From Acidimicrobiia bacterium (GTDB taxonomy: Bacteria > Actinomycetota > Acidimicrobiia > IMCC26256 > JAGPDB01), in assembly GCA_046331265.1 (NCBI GenBank), contig JAXLRE010000009.1:8349-72348 (forward strand): a stretch of 64,000 nucleotides of DNA, in the 5' to 3' direction. Position 1 is the first letter of the stretch. The number at the start of each line of letters is the position of its first letter. Shown in pieces: positions 28,652 through 37,205 of the stretch. The notes below the pieces were generated by a model. That model had not been told where the DNA came from. It did no database searches and saw only the letters and a list, made by a program, of their open reading frames with translations. The position numbers were made by a program, and so were the translations under genes.

Positions 28652-30061
28652 ATGTCTACAAAAAGAAAACGCAACGGAGCTGCGATTGTTTTAGCAGGCG
28701 CATTATTGGTTGCACCTGCATGTTCGAATACCCCAAACAGACCTGGAGCAGCTATAGGACGAGCTGTTGGGCAAGAATACATAAAATATATAGAAAAGCA
28801 TTATGGTCAAACACTCGAACAACAGCTAGACCCTGCTTTCATTGACTCACAATATTTTAGTTTTTCAAAAGAAAAACTCGGCTTTGCAAGTGAAGACCCA
28901 ATAGAAGACTATTTACCCGATCAAAAACTTGATGGAACAAGCGGCCCGGATGCATTACAAGTGACAGTAATTAACGGCAATATTCGTATTAAAGATACTT
29001 CTAAAGATGAAGTTGATGATGATGCAAAACTTTGGTTGTTGCAACGTATTAAGCAAAGAGAAGAAATAATTAAGGCGATTGCATCGAGAAATGGATTTAA
29101 ACAATTCAATATAAAATTAAACGTTAGTGACGCAATTTCTGAATCGTATGGAACTCAAGTAAAAGAGATGGATGGGGACGCGACTCTTGAGAACGAAATG
29201 AATTTAGCTTTTCCTAGATCTCAATTTGTTCTTTCGAGAGAATTATTTGATCAAATGTTTATGCATGAAATTTCTCATCTTATAGCAGGTGCTATTTCTG
29301 ATGATTATTTAAAGCACGGAAAGCATAAAGAACAAGTTGAACGTTTGCAAAATGTTTGTGCGCAAATACGATCACGCGCTTTTGAACAAGTCCAGCCATA
29401 CTTGCCTCCAGTCGCAGATGAACTACGCGAAATTGCAAGTTTGACAGAATTTGAATCGTTCAGAGCATCAGCTTCCGCTTTAGCTGATATTTATGATCGC
29501 GGTGATTTAGCATCTATATTTCCAGAAGCTGATCCATATTATGTAGATGTTCAAGAACCACAATTTGGGGCTAATTCCGCTAGGTGTAATTCCAATTCAA
29601 TAATACGTCAAATAGGTTTAATGAGTTCAAAATTGGGTTTTGAATTTAATAGAGATGAATCAACCGCCTTTAATAGTTCGAAGGCATCTGAACATGAGAG
29701 CAACGCTGATGAATTAATGTATGAAGCTTTTTCCAAAAATACTATTTATCAATATCTGGCAGAAAAAAATTATGTTCAAGGAAATAATTTTGGACACGGT
29801 TTTGATAATTTGAATGAACAAATTGCCACCGCAGTTGCACTTCTCTCAAATCCAATGGATACAGGGTATAAATTAAAATATATTCCAACTGAAGATCGTG
29901 AACTAATAATCGAATTTTTAGATGCGACATCGGATTTATTTGTAGTAGCGTTTCCTGAATTAAGAGGAATGTTTACTGCGTGTAGAGAGGATCTAACAAA
30001 ATACTTAAACGGTAGCTATGATCCTGTTACGAAAGCTTGTAGCCCAGCCCTTGCTGATTAA
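28652..30061 (+). CDS. Putative lipoprotein with HExxH zinc-metallopeptidase motif
   Basis: Signal/lipobox-like N-terminus AGALLVAPACS and motif FMHEISHLIAG. 469 aa with no closer family assignment. Confidence 0.7.
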   Translation: MSTKRKRNGAAIVLAGALLVAPACSNTPNRPGAAIGRAVGQEYIKYIEKHYGQTLEQQLDPAFIDSQYFSFSKEKLGFASEDPIEDYLPDQKLDGTSGPDALQVTVINGNIRIKDTSKDEVDDDAKLWLLQRIKQREEIIKAIASRNGFKQFNIKLNVSDAISESYGTQVKEMDGDATLENEMNLAFPRSQFVLSRELFDQMFMHEISHLIAGAISDDYLKHGKHKEQVERLQNVCAQIRSRAFEQVQPYLPPVADELREIASLTEFESFRASASALADIYDRGDLASIFPEADPYYVDVQEPQFGANSARCNSNSIIRQIGLMSSKLGFEFNRDESTAFNSSKASEHESNADELMYEAFSKNTIYQYLAEKNYVQGNNFGHGFDNLNEQIATAVALLSNPMDTGYKLKYIPTEDRELIIEFLDATSDLFVVAFPELRGMFTACREDLTKYLNGSYDPVTKACSPALAD

Positions 30062-30471
30062 GCACTTACCTTAAATTGCCAAGTATAAGTTTGAGGATTT
30101 TCTGGTTCAGATTTATCTGCAGGCCAGTAAGTGATTTTTGCGCTATGAGTCCCAGATTCAAATTTTTCAAATGTTTTATTTTTGCCAGGTCTAAAAGAAA
30201 ACTGACCTAAAGATGCAACTCGCTCTAATTCGTCATCAGGTATTGGCGTACCATCAATTTCAATTCTGCCAGTGAAAGAATCATTTAAATCAACATTAAT
30301 TTGTTCTTGTGGACGAAGAATTGCTCCTGGAGCAGGTTGAACGCTTTGAACATCACTTGCTTGGGCTTTTGGCTGTGATGTATCAGAACTGACAATAGCA
30401 ATAGTAAAAAATATAGCTACACAAGATGCAAGTACTGCCAAAACAATAGTTCTACCAAACGATTTAAACAT
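30058..30471 (-). CDS. Membrane-anchored extracytoplasmic protein (Ig-like/CopC-like size), function unknown
   Basis: N-terminal signal-anchor helix followed by a roughly 100-aa beta-rich-looking domain. Divergent from the kinase gene, with a 4-nt convergent overlap with the upstream gene. Confidence 0.6.
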   Translation of the reverse strand: MFKSFGRTIVLAVLASCVAIFFTIAIVSSDTSQPKAQASDVQSVQPAPGAILRPQEQINVDLNDSFTGRIEIDGTPIPDDELERVASLGQFSFRPGKNKTFEKFESGTHSAKITYWPADKSEPENPQTYTWQFKVSA

Positions 30472-30564
30472 GTAAAGCCATATTACATAAGTTGAAACAA
30501 AATTTTGTTAGCGAAGAGGTCGTTTGACTCATATTGTAGAGAAATTTGAACTAGCGTTAACGGG

Positions 30565-32454
30565 GTGAATACAGGAGTTATGGATCTCACGGGACGAGTT
30601 CTCTCGAACCGCTACCGATTACTAAGTGGTGCCGGTATGGGCTCGAGCAGTGTTGTCTATGCAGCCGATGACATAACTTTAAAACGTCAAGTTGCTGTGA
30701 AGGTTTTACACCGCGGCTATAACGCTGATGCTGCATTCTTAAGAAGGTTCCGTGCCGAAGCACAACTGGCTGCACGTTTACATCATCACAATATTGTTTC
30801 TGTTTATGACTGGGGAGAAGATGAAGTTCCATATCTTGTCCTTGAACTTTTAGAGGGTGGATCTTTACGATCAATGCTTGATGAAGGTGTAACACTTACG
30901 CCTTCGCAAGCTGCACACGTTGGAATGCAAATATGCGCTGGTCTTGAATACGCTCATTCTCGAGGCCTAGTGCACAGAGATATTAAACCTGCAAACATTC
31001 TTTTTGACGAACACGGTATTGTTCGAGTTGCCGATTTTGGTCTAGCTCGAGCACTCGCTGAAGCAAGTTTCACAGAACCAACAGGAGCTGTTGTCGGTAC
31101 AGCACGTTACGCATCTCCAGAACAAGCGAGCGGCAATAAACTCGATGGACGTTCTGACCTTTATTCTTTAGCTTTAGTTTTACATGAAGCGGTAAGCGGA
31201 GATGTTCCGTTCGCTTCTGATACTGCAGTGTCGACTTTAGCTGCACGAGTTAATAATGATGTAGTTGCTAGTTCAGACTTGGGAATATTAGGAGCAGTTA
31301 TAGAACGCGCTGGAAAATCTGATCCAGAACAGCGCTATGTAGATGCTTCTACTATGTATAAGGCATTAAATGACGTAGCGGCTGCCTTGCCAAAACCTGG
31401 CCCATTAACGCTTGTTCCTCAAGATGGTTTAGTTGTTGATCCTAACCCAACCAATGTTGTATTTACTCCTACAAACTTATTTGATCAAGATAACGCATTA
31501 AACGGTGATGATATTGAAGTAGACATGTCACCTGATGCTGTTTCCTCTCGTTTTCATAAAGATGAAAATTTAATTAAAAAGTTTGGTCAGCAGAAATTTG
31601 TTGGTGTAGCAATTTTTGCAATGGTATTTTTATTATTTACTGCGGGAGTATTTGCATTTTCATCATTTAATAAAAGTAATATTGCTGTTCCAAATGTTGC
31701 AGGCTTAGAAAAAGATGTTGCGTCTGCAAAATTAGCAACTACAGGTTTACGTGTAAGGTTTAAACAAATTTACTCTGATGATCCAAAAGGTACAGTTGTC
31801 AGATCTGAACCAAGTGCAGGAAAATATATTGATTCAAATGGTACGGTTAACTTAGTTTTGTCTAAAGGCCAAAAACCAATAACTGTGGTTGATGTTATCG
31901 GCAAAAAACTTGGGGCCGTTGATGCTCGAAAAGCACTTGAAGCGCAAGGTTTTGTAGTTACTGAATCAAGAGAGTTTTCGGAAACTGTTTCTAAAGATTC
32001 ATTGATAAAAGTTGATCCGGCGAATAAGAAGCTATCACCAGAGTCAACAATTAATCTCGTAATTAGTGATGGACCTAGGCCAATTCCTGTTCCAAGTGTT
32101 ACAGGAAAATCATACGAACAAGCAGCTGAAATAATTAAGAATGCTGGATTTAATCCTGCACGACGTGATGATTTTTCTGATTCTGTTCCTGCTGGCACTG
32201 TTATAGGTACTGATCCAGGTGTTAATACTGAAATACAAAAAAATTCAACAGTTACAATTTCTGTTAGTAAAGGTCCAGAACTTGTAAATGTTCCAAATGT
32301 TGTTGGTGCCAGTGTGGAGATGGCATCAGCGCAACTACAGAACTTAGGACTTGTCGCTGATGTTCAAAATTATCGTGCTGGAGCAAAAGTCAAAGCTCAA
32401 GCACCTAGCGGCGGACAAGTGAAAAAGGGTACTAAGGTAACTCTATATTTATAG
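30565..32454 (+). CDS. pknB: Ser/Thr protein kinase with four C-terminal PASTA domains (PknB-like)
   Basis: Kinase motifs VAVK, HRDIKPANIL, DFG and SPEQ. One TM helix. Four repeats of the VP(N/S)V.G....A...L...G type. TAGCGT at 30552-30557 lies 7 nt upstream of the GTG; an alternative ATG is at 30580. Confidence 0.9.
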   Translation: MNTGVMDLTGRVLSNRYRLLSGAGMGSSSVVYAADDITLKRQVAVKVLHRGYNADAAFLRRFRAEAQLAARLHHHNIVSVYDWGEDEVPYLVLELLEGGSLRSMLDEGVTLTPSQAAHVGMQICAGLEYAHSRGLVHRDIKPANILFDEHGIVRVADFGLARALAEASFTEPTGAVVGTARYASPEQASGNKLDGRSDLYSLALVLHEAVSGDVPFASDTAVSTLAARVNNDVVASSDLGILGAVIERAGKSDPEQRYVDASTMYKALNDVAAALPKPGPLTLVPQDGLVVDPNPTNVVFTPTNLFDQDNALNGDDIEVDMSPDAVSSRFHKDENLIKKFGQQKFVGVAIFAMVFLLFTAGVFAFSSFNKSNIAVPNVAGLEKDVASAKLATTGLRVRFKQIYSDDPKGTVVRSEPSAGKYIDSNGTVNLVLSKGQKPITVVDVIGKKLGAVDARKALEAQGFVVTESREFSETVSKDSLIKVDPANKKLSPESTINLVISDGPRPIPVPSVTGKSYEQAAEIIKNAGFNPARRDDFSDSVPAGTVIGTDPGVNTEIQKNSTVTISVSKGPELVNVPNVVGASVEMASAQLQNLGLVADVQNYRAGAKVKAQAPSGGQVKKGTKVTLYL

Positions 32455-32482
32455 GGAGACCTGGCCTTACAAAAGGAGCATA

Positions 32483-33361
32483 ATGGGAATACTCGAAAAT
32501 AAAACTGTGATAATCACTGGTGCTGGACGTGGACTTGGTCGTGAACATGCTTTACTTATAGCAAGTGAAGGTGCAAATGTTGTTGTAAATGATTTAGGCG
32601 GGTCGTTAGATGGTCAAGGTGAAGATAAAGCAGCGGCACAAATTGTTGTTGAAGAAATAATTGCAGCCGGAGGTAAAGCGGTTGGTAGCGTCGACAACAT
32701 CGCAACTATGGACGGTGCGCAATCTTTAGTTAAAACAGCTATTGATACTTTTGGTGAAGTAACCGGCTTAGTAAACAATGCTGGAATTTTGCGTGACCAT
32801 ATGCTTGTGAATATGGAAGAGCAAGAATGGGACAGCGTTATAAACGTTCATCTAAAAGGACATTATTGCCCAACAAGAGTTTTATCTGAGTATTGGCGTG
32901 GTAAATCAAAAGATGGAAACCAAATAAACTCTTCGATTGTTCACACAACTTCGACTTCAGGCTTACTAGGCAATGTTGGCCAAACAAATTATGGTGCTGC
33001 CAAAGCTGGCATTGCAGCGTTCTCTCAAATTTGTGCAATGGAATTAGATCGCTACGGAGTTAGATCTAATGCTATTGCTCCAGCTGCAAGAACAAGAATG
33101 ACTGAACATACTCCTGGTTTTGAAGATATGGTTAAAAAACCAGAAGACGATAATGAGTTTGATGCTTGGCATCCGGGCAATGTATCTCCAATGGTTGCAT
33201 ATCTATTGTCAGATTCTTGTTCTTTTAGCGGACAGACATTTTTAGTCACAGGTGGTTTAATTCAAAAGTTTGAACCTTGGTCGCTAAGTGAAACAGAAAA
33301 GTTAGAAAAAATGGCTCGTTGGACTCCAAGCGAAATTGCCGAAAAATTTTCTGAACTCTAA
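32483..33361 (+). CDS. Short-chain dehydrogenase/reductase
   Basis: ITGAGRGLGREHAL, NNAG and YGAAKAG motifs. AAGGAG Shine-Dalgarno sequence. Confidence 0.85.
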   Translation: MGILENKTVIITGAGRGLGREHALLIASEGANVVVNDLGGSLDGQGEDKAAAQIVVEEIIAAGGKAVGSVDNIATMDGAQSLVKTAIDTFGEVTGLVNNAGILRDHMLVNMEEQEWDSVINVHLKGHYCPTRVLSEYWRGKSKDGNQINSSIVHTTSTSGLLGNVGQTNYGAAKAGIAAFSQICAMELDRYGVRSNAIAPAARTRMTEHTPGFEDMVKKPEDDNEFDAWHPGNVSPMVAYLLSDSCSFSGQTFLVTGGLIQKFEPWSLSETEKLEKMARWTPSEIAEKFSEL

Positions 33362-33370
33362 AGAAAAGTA

Positions 33371-33958
33371 ATGAATCCATATGTATTAGCAGGAGTGCTT
33401 GCAGGCTTATTAAACATTGCAACTTATTTTGCATACATTAAAGGAACAATACAAAACCAGATCATCCCACATCGAATAACTTTTTTATTATATTCGGTTC
33501 TAAATCTTTTGTTTTTAATCAATCAAATATCAAACAAAGGTGGATATTCAATTGTATTTCCATTATCTGGTACTTTCTTGGCTGCATCAGTTTTTTGTTT
33601 ATCAATTAAAAAGGGAATAGGTGGTTCTACAAATTTTGATAAGTTAGTACTTGCAGCTGCCTTGCTGCTTCTTGTACTTCGAGGACTTTCTCATGATGCC
33701 CGTACCACAACGATTCTGGGAGTCATGGTTGATTTTGTAGCTACCTTCCCAACTGTAATCAAAGTCTATAGAATGCCACGTAGTGAAAAATATATAACTT
33801 GGATATTAAGTTCTATGTCTGCTTTTGTTTCAATATTAGCCATTGAAAATCACGACTATATTCTTTATGTTTTTCCAGCATATGTAATCGCTATGAATCT
33901 TACAGTTATGTTGGTCAAAAAAGTTTCTCATTCTAAACAGTCTAAAGTTGTATCGTGA
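33371..33958 (+). CDS. 7-TM membrane protein, PQ-loop/SWEET-like (paralog A)
   Basis: 195 aa with seven hydrophobic segments in a 3+1+3 pattern. PQ-loop-like motifs follow TM1 (IKGTIQNQIIPHRITF) and TM5 (FPTVIKVYRMPRSEKYITW). Confidence 0.65.
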   Translation: MNPYVLAGVLAGLLNIATYFAYIKGTIQNQIIPHRITFLLYSVLNLLFLINQISNKGGYSIVFPLSGTFLAASVFCLSIKKGIGGSTNFDKLVLAAALLLLVLRGLSHDARTTTILGVMVDFVATFPTVIKVYRMPRSEKYITWILSSMSAFVSILAIENHDYILYVFPAYVIAMNLTVMLVKKVSHSKQSKVVS

Positions 33959-34539
33959 ACAAAGAATTAATTGTCGGATTAAGTAGTGCAATCATTGCAC
34001 TTATAGGTAACATTCCATATGTCATATCAATATTGAGAGGTAATGCAAGACCTCACCGTATATCAATGGGTATATTTACTATCGTTGGTCTAATTACTTT
34101 TTTTAATCAAGTAATAAATGGGGGAGGATATTCTGCATTATTTGGTGCATCAACAGCTTTTTCAGTTTTAGTCTTTTTTGTTTTATCAATTAAAAAAGGA
34201 ATGGGAGGGAAATCAAAACTAGATATTATTTGTTTGATTTCTGCTCTTGTACTTCTAGTTTTTTGGCTTGCGTCGAGTGAGACACGCATTACAACTTTGT
34301 TAGCTATTGCAATTGATATTGTTGCTATCGTTCCAACTGTTCACAAAGTTTATTTACATCCCGAAACTGAAATATATTGGGCTTGGATTGTGGTTGGAGT
34401 TTCTGGCTTTATAACGGTATTTGCTGTTCCAAATAATGATTTAATTCTTTATGCTTGGCCTGTCTATGTTGGTTTTGCTAATTGCACAGTTGCTCTAATT
34501 AAAAAGTTTGGCCATATTCGCTCCTCAACTCTACTGTGA
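33955..34539 (+). CDS. 7-TM membrane protein, PQ-loop/SWEET-like (paralog B)
   Basis: 194 aa, colinear with paralog A (shared SIKKG.GG, D.VA..PTV.KVY and P.RI(S/T) motifs). Its start overlaps the stop of A (GTGA). Confidence 0.65.
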   Translation: MNKELIVGLSSAIIALIGNIPYVISILRGNARPHRISMGIFTIVGLITFFNQVINGGGYSALFGASTAFSVLVFFVLSIKKGMGGKSKLDIICLISALVLLVFWLASSETRITTLLAIAIDIVAIVPTVHKVYLHPETEIYWAWIVVGVSGFITVFAVPNNDLILYAWPVYVGFANCTVALIKKFGHIRSSTLL

Positions 34540-34541
34540 CC

Positions 34542-34586
34542 GTTGGTAGGATTTTCTTACGTATATGTCATGAAAATCCAACCAAC
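34542..34586 (+). terminator. Long hairpin downstream of the paralog pair (possible terminator)
   Basis: GTTGGTAGGATTTTC (34542-34556), 15-nt loop, GAAAATCCAACCAAC (34572-34586). 14 of 15 positions are complementary. No T tract follows. Confidence 0.35.
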
Positions 34587-34618
34587 ACTATAGACAATTC
34601 GGACATACTACTCATAGT

Positions 34619-34650
34619 GAATTCAAAATCTTAAATTAAGAATTCAAAAT
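34619..34650 (+). repeat. Two direct copies of GAATTCAAAAT spaced 21 nt start to start
   Basis: Copies at 34619-34629 and 34640-34650, just upstream of a candidate -35 box. Possible operator half-sites. Confidence 0.5.
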
Positions 34651-34661
34651 ATAGAAATATC

Positions 34662-34690
34662 TTGTAAATCTTCAGTTGTTTCCTTACGAT
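34662..34690 (+). promoter_or_regulatory. Candidate sigma-70-type promoter for the small ORF
   Basis: TTGTAA (34662-34667), 17-nt spacer, TACGAT (34685-34690). Confidence 0.35.
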
Positions 34691-34745
34691 GTAAATAAGA
34701 GGAAGCGGAAGTTACCAACACGTACAGTGTTGGCAAGGGGGTTTC

Positions 34746-34967
34746 ATGAGACGATTTCGTCGAGGAGCTACAAAGGGTCCATCAATATTGAGACCTGGCG
34801 CCGGATACGGTCGACTGTCATTCGGCGCTCCAGGACCTACTCAATCTGTGGAACCTAGAGAAGATTTATCTCCAGAAATGTTTTTTGATAATACAGTCAA
34901 AACTCAAGCTATAGATTTTGCTCGTCAAAAAGATGGCGACACAATCATTGATTTAACTAACGAATAA
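34746..34967 (+). CDS. Small hypothetical protein (73 aa), basic Gly/Pro-rich N-terminus and acidic C-terminus
   Basis: AAGGGGG Shine-Dalgarno-like sequence 4 nt upstream of the ATG, with a candidate promoter upstream. The 5' half is conspicuously GC-rich and folds into a long hairpin, so an RNA function cannot be excluded. Confidence 0.4.
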   Translation: MRRFRRGATKGPSILRPGAGYGRLSFGAPGPTQSVEPREDLSPEMFFDNTVKTQAIDFARQKDGDTIIDLTNE

Positions 34968-34975
34968 ATTTCTCG

Positions 34976-35389
34976 TTATTTAGTTATTGATTTTAATTCG
35001 TTGGCTAATTTTTCAAGAAAAGGCATTGATCCCATAGCACCAGGGTTCGTAGCCATTGATAATAATTTTGCGACATTGCCCCCAATTACTACTTTGCCTT
35101 CAAGCATTTTTGACATAACAATATTCATATCGCCTTGTGTGAATAATTTATAGGCAGTCTCGTAATCTGTTTTAACCGTAATATCAGCGTTTTCTATATG
35201 TTCTTTTTCGACTGCTGCTTGTCCATTTTTTACATCAATAGATATGAGTTTTTCTCCAAATGGAGTAGGGGTTATAGTCACATTCATGGAAAATTCGATA
35301 TCGTTTGAAGTTTCAGGCTTATTTGAATCATGAAGTTCTTCTGCCGCTTGTTCCCATTCTGGTGAAAGAAACTCAAATTTTTGATCCAT
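34976..35389 (-). CDS. SCP2 (sterol-carrier-protein-2-like) domain protein
   Basis: 137 aa. The N-terminal FLSPEWEQAAEEL and C-terminal MLEGKVVIGGNVAKLLSM pattern is typical of bacterial SCP2-fold proteins. Divergent from gatC. Confidence 0.6.
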   Translation of the reverse strand: MDQKFEFLSPEWEQAAEELHDSNKPETSNDIEFSMNVTITPTPFGEKLISIDVKNGQAAVEKEHIENADITVKTDYETAYKLFTQGDMNIVMSKMLEGKVVIGGNVAKLLSMATNPGAMGSMPFLEKLANELKSITK

Positions 35390-35429
35390 GGCTTGTACTC
35401 TTTCGTTGTTTAGCTTCTAAGCTTATAAC

Positions 35430-35726
35430 ATGACAAGAATTACATCCGAACAGGTGCGCCATGTCGCAAAATTAGCTCGCCTTGAGGTGACAGATGAAGA
35501 AGTCGAGACATTTACTTCTCAATTAGAAGGTTTGCTTGAACATTTCTCCGCAATATCTGCAATTGATACAACTCAAGTGCAACCTACTGCACGTCCGATT
35601 GAAACGGTTAATGTTTTGAGAAGTGATTATGTGAAGCCTTCTTTAACTCAAGAAGAAGTTTTATCAAATGCTCCGGCTAGTCAAGATGGACGCTTTATAG
35701 TTCCACAAATTTTAGAGAGCGAATAA
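35430..35726 (+). CDS. gatC: Asp/Glu-tRNA amidotransferase subunit C
   Basis: 98 aa with VRHVAKLARLEVTDEE and position directly upstream of gatA. TAAGCT at 35418-35423 lies 6 nt upstream of the ATG. Confidence 0.9.
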   Translation: MTRITSEQVRHVAKLARLEVTDEEVETFTSQLEGLLEHFSAISAIDTTQVQPTARPIETVNVLRSDYVKPSLTQEEVLSNAPASQDGRFIVPQILESE

Positions 35727-35728
35727 TA

Positions 35729-37198
35729 ATGTCAAAAATTGTTGGAGAAAACTCTGATTCATTAATGCAGTCATTTAATTCTGGCGAAGTAACTGCACAA
35801 GAAATAGCGCAAGCTGCTCTAGACGCTGCTCAATCTCAAGAGCCAGATCTTGATGCATACATAGAAATAATGCATGTACAAGCAATTGAACAAGCACAAG
35901 ATATTGATAGAAGAAAAGCAGCTGGTGAAAAACTCGGGCCCCTTGCTGGAACGACTGTTTCTGTTAAAGACAACATGGCAACCTATGGAGTCAAAACAAC
36001 ATGTGCTAGCAAGATTTTAGAAAACTGGATCCCTGTTTACGATGCCACTGTTATATCAAAATTAAAGCAAGCTGATGCAATCATTATTGGTAAAACAAAC
36101 TTAGATGAATTTGCGATGGGGTCATCAACAGAAAATTCTGCATTTAAGACAACGAAGAATCCACACGATGTAACAAAAGTTCCGGGTGGTTCTTCAGGTG
36201 GATCGGCTGCAACTGTCGCTGCTGGTGCTGTAACTTTCGCATTAGGTTCAGACACAGGTGGATCAATACGCCAGCCTGCCTCTCTTTGCGGAATTGTTGG
36301 AGTGAAACCAACTTATGGGAGGGTTTCGCGATACGGCCTTGTTGCTTTTGGTTCTTCATTAGACCAAATTGGTCCTTTTGCTCGTAACGTTAAAGACGCT
36401 GCAAAATTGCTTGACGTTTTATCAGGACATGACGTTAGAGATTCAACATCAATCAATAAAACATATTCGCCTTTAGTTGATGTGTTGAATAAGGGTGTTC
36501 AGGGATTACGTGTTGGAATTATTGAAGAGCTTAGAGGGCCAACAGGTTTCCAAAGTGAAGTACTATCTGCAATCGACGATACTGCTGCCATGCTTGAGAA
36601 GCAAGGAGCAAGTGTTGGTACAGTTTCTGTACCTGCTTCCGCAAATGGTTTGAGCGCTTATTACATAATTGCTCCCGCTGAAGCCTCTAGTAATCTGGCC
36701 CGCTTTGATGGAATGCGATATGGCTTACGTGTTGAAAGACAAACCGCTGGTGAAACCAATGAAGCAAGTCGTCAAGCAGGCTTTGGAATGGAAGTTAAAC
36801 GTCGAATAATGCTTGGAACATATGCTTTGAGTGCAGGATATTACGATGCATATTATGCACAAGCACAAAAAGTTCGGACAATCATGATAAAAGATTTCGA
36901 AAAAGCATACGAAGATTACGATGTTTTACTTGCGCCTACCTCGCCAACAACAGCATTTGGGATCGGAGAAAAAACACAAGATCCATACGAAATGTATTTA
37001 ACTGATGTTTGTACTTTGCCAACAAATATCGTCGGTGCAACTTCAATGTCTGTCCCTATTGGTGTTGATCAAAATGGGCTTCCTATAGGCGCGCAAATTT
37101 TTGCTCCACCACTTGGAGAAGACGTTATGTTCCAAGTAGCAAGTGTTGTGGAATCAGAAATGGGTTACAACAAAGTTCCAGAAATATTCGTGGGGTAA
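35729..37198 (+). CDS. gatA: Asp/Glu-tRNA amidotransferase subunit A
   Basis: Amidase signature GGSSGGSAATVAAG, with the KDN motif (VSVKDNM). Confidence 0.95.
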   Translation: MSKIVGENSDSLMQSFNSGEVTAQEIAQAALDAAQSQEPDLDAYIEIMHVQAIEQAQDIDRRKAAGEKLGPLAGTTVSVKDNMATYGVKTTCASKILENWIPVYDATVISKLKQADAIIIGKTNLDEFAMGSSTENSAFKTTKNPHDVTKVPGGSSGGSAATVAAGAVTFALGSDTGGSIRQPASLCGIVGVKPTYGRVSRYGLVAFGSSLDQIGPFARNVKDAAKLLDVLSGHDVRDSTSINKTYSPLVDVLNKGVQGLRVGIIEELRGPTGFQSEVLSAIDDTAAMLEKQGASVGTVSVPASANGLSAYYIIAPAEASSNLARFDGMRYGLRVERQTAGETNEASRQAGFGMEVKRRIMLGTYALSAGYYDAYYAQAQKVRTIMIKDFEKAYEDYDVLLAPTSPTTAFGIGEKTQDPYEMYLTDVCTLPTNIVGATSMSVPIGVDQNGLPIGAQIFAPPLGEDVMFQVASVVESEMGYNKVPEIFVG

Positions 37199-37205
37199 CT
37201 AAGTC

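Noticed and set aside
28210-28782. 190-aa minus-strand ORF overlapping the 137-aa and 469-aa plus-strand genes.
   Set aside because: The plus-strand frames show the host's strong A/T third-position bias, are translationally abutted and have a near-consensus promoter. The minus ORF spans the junction of both genes and has no comparable signals.
34690-34860. Whether the GC-rich rod-like hairpin region is a known housekeeping RNA (SRP/4.5S, tmRNA, RNase P RNA or 6S).
   Set aside because: I did not see any of the signatures I remember on either strand: the SRP domain IV GGAA/AGCAGC motifs, the tmRNA GGGG…UUCGAC start and CCA end, or the RNase P GAGGAAAGUCC box. It is therefore reported as an unknown rather than assigned.
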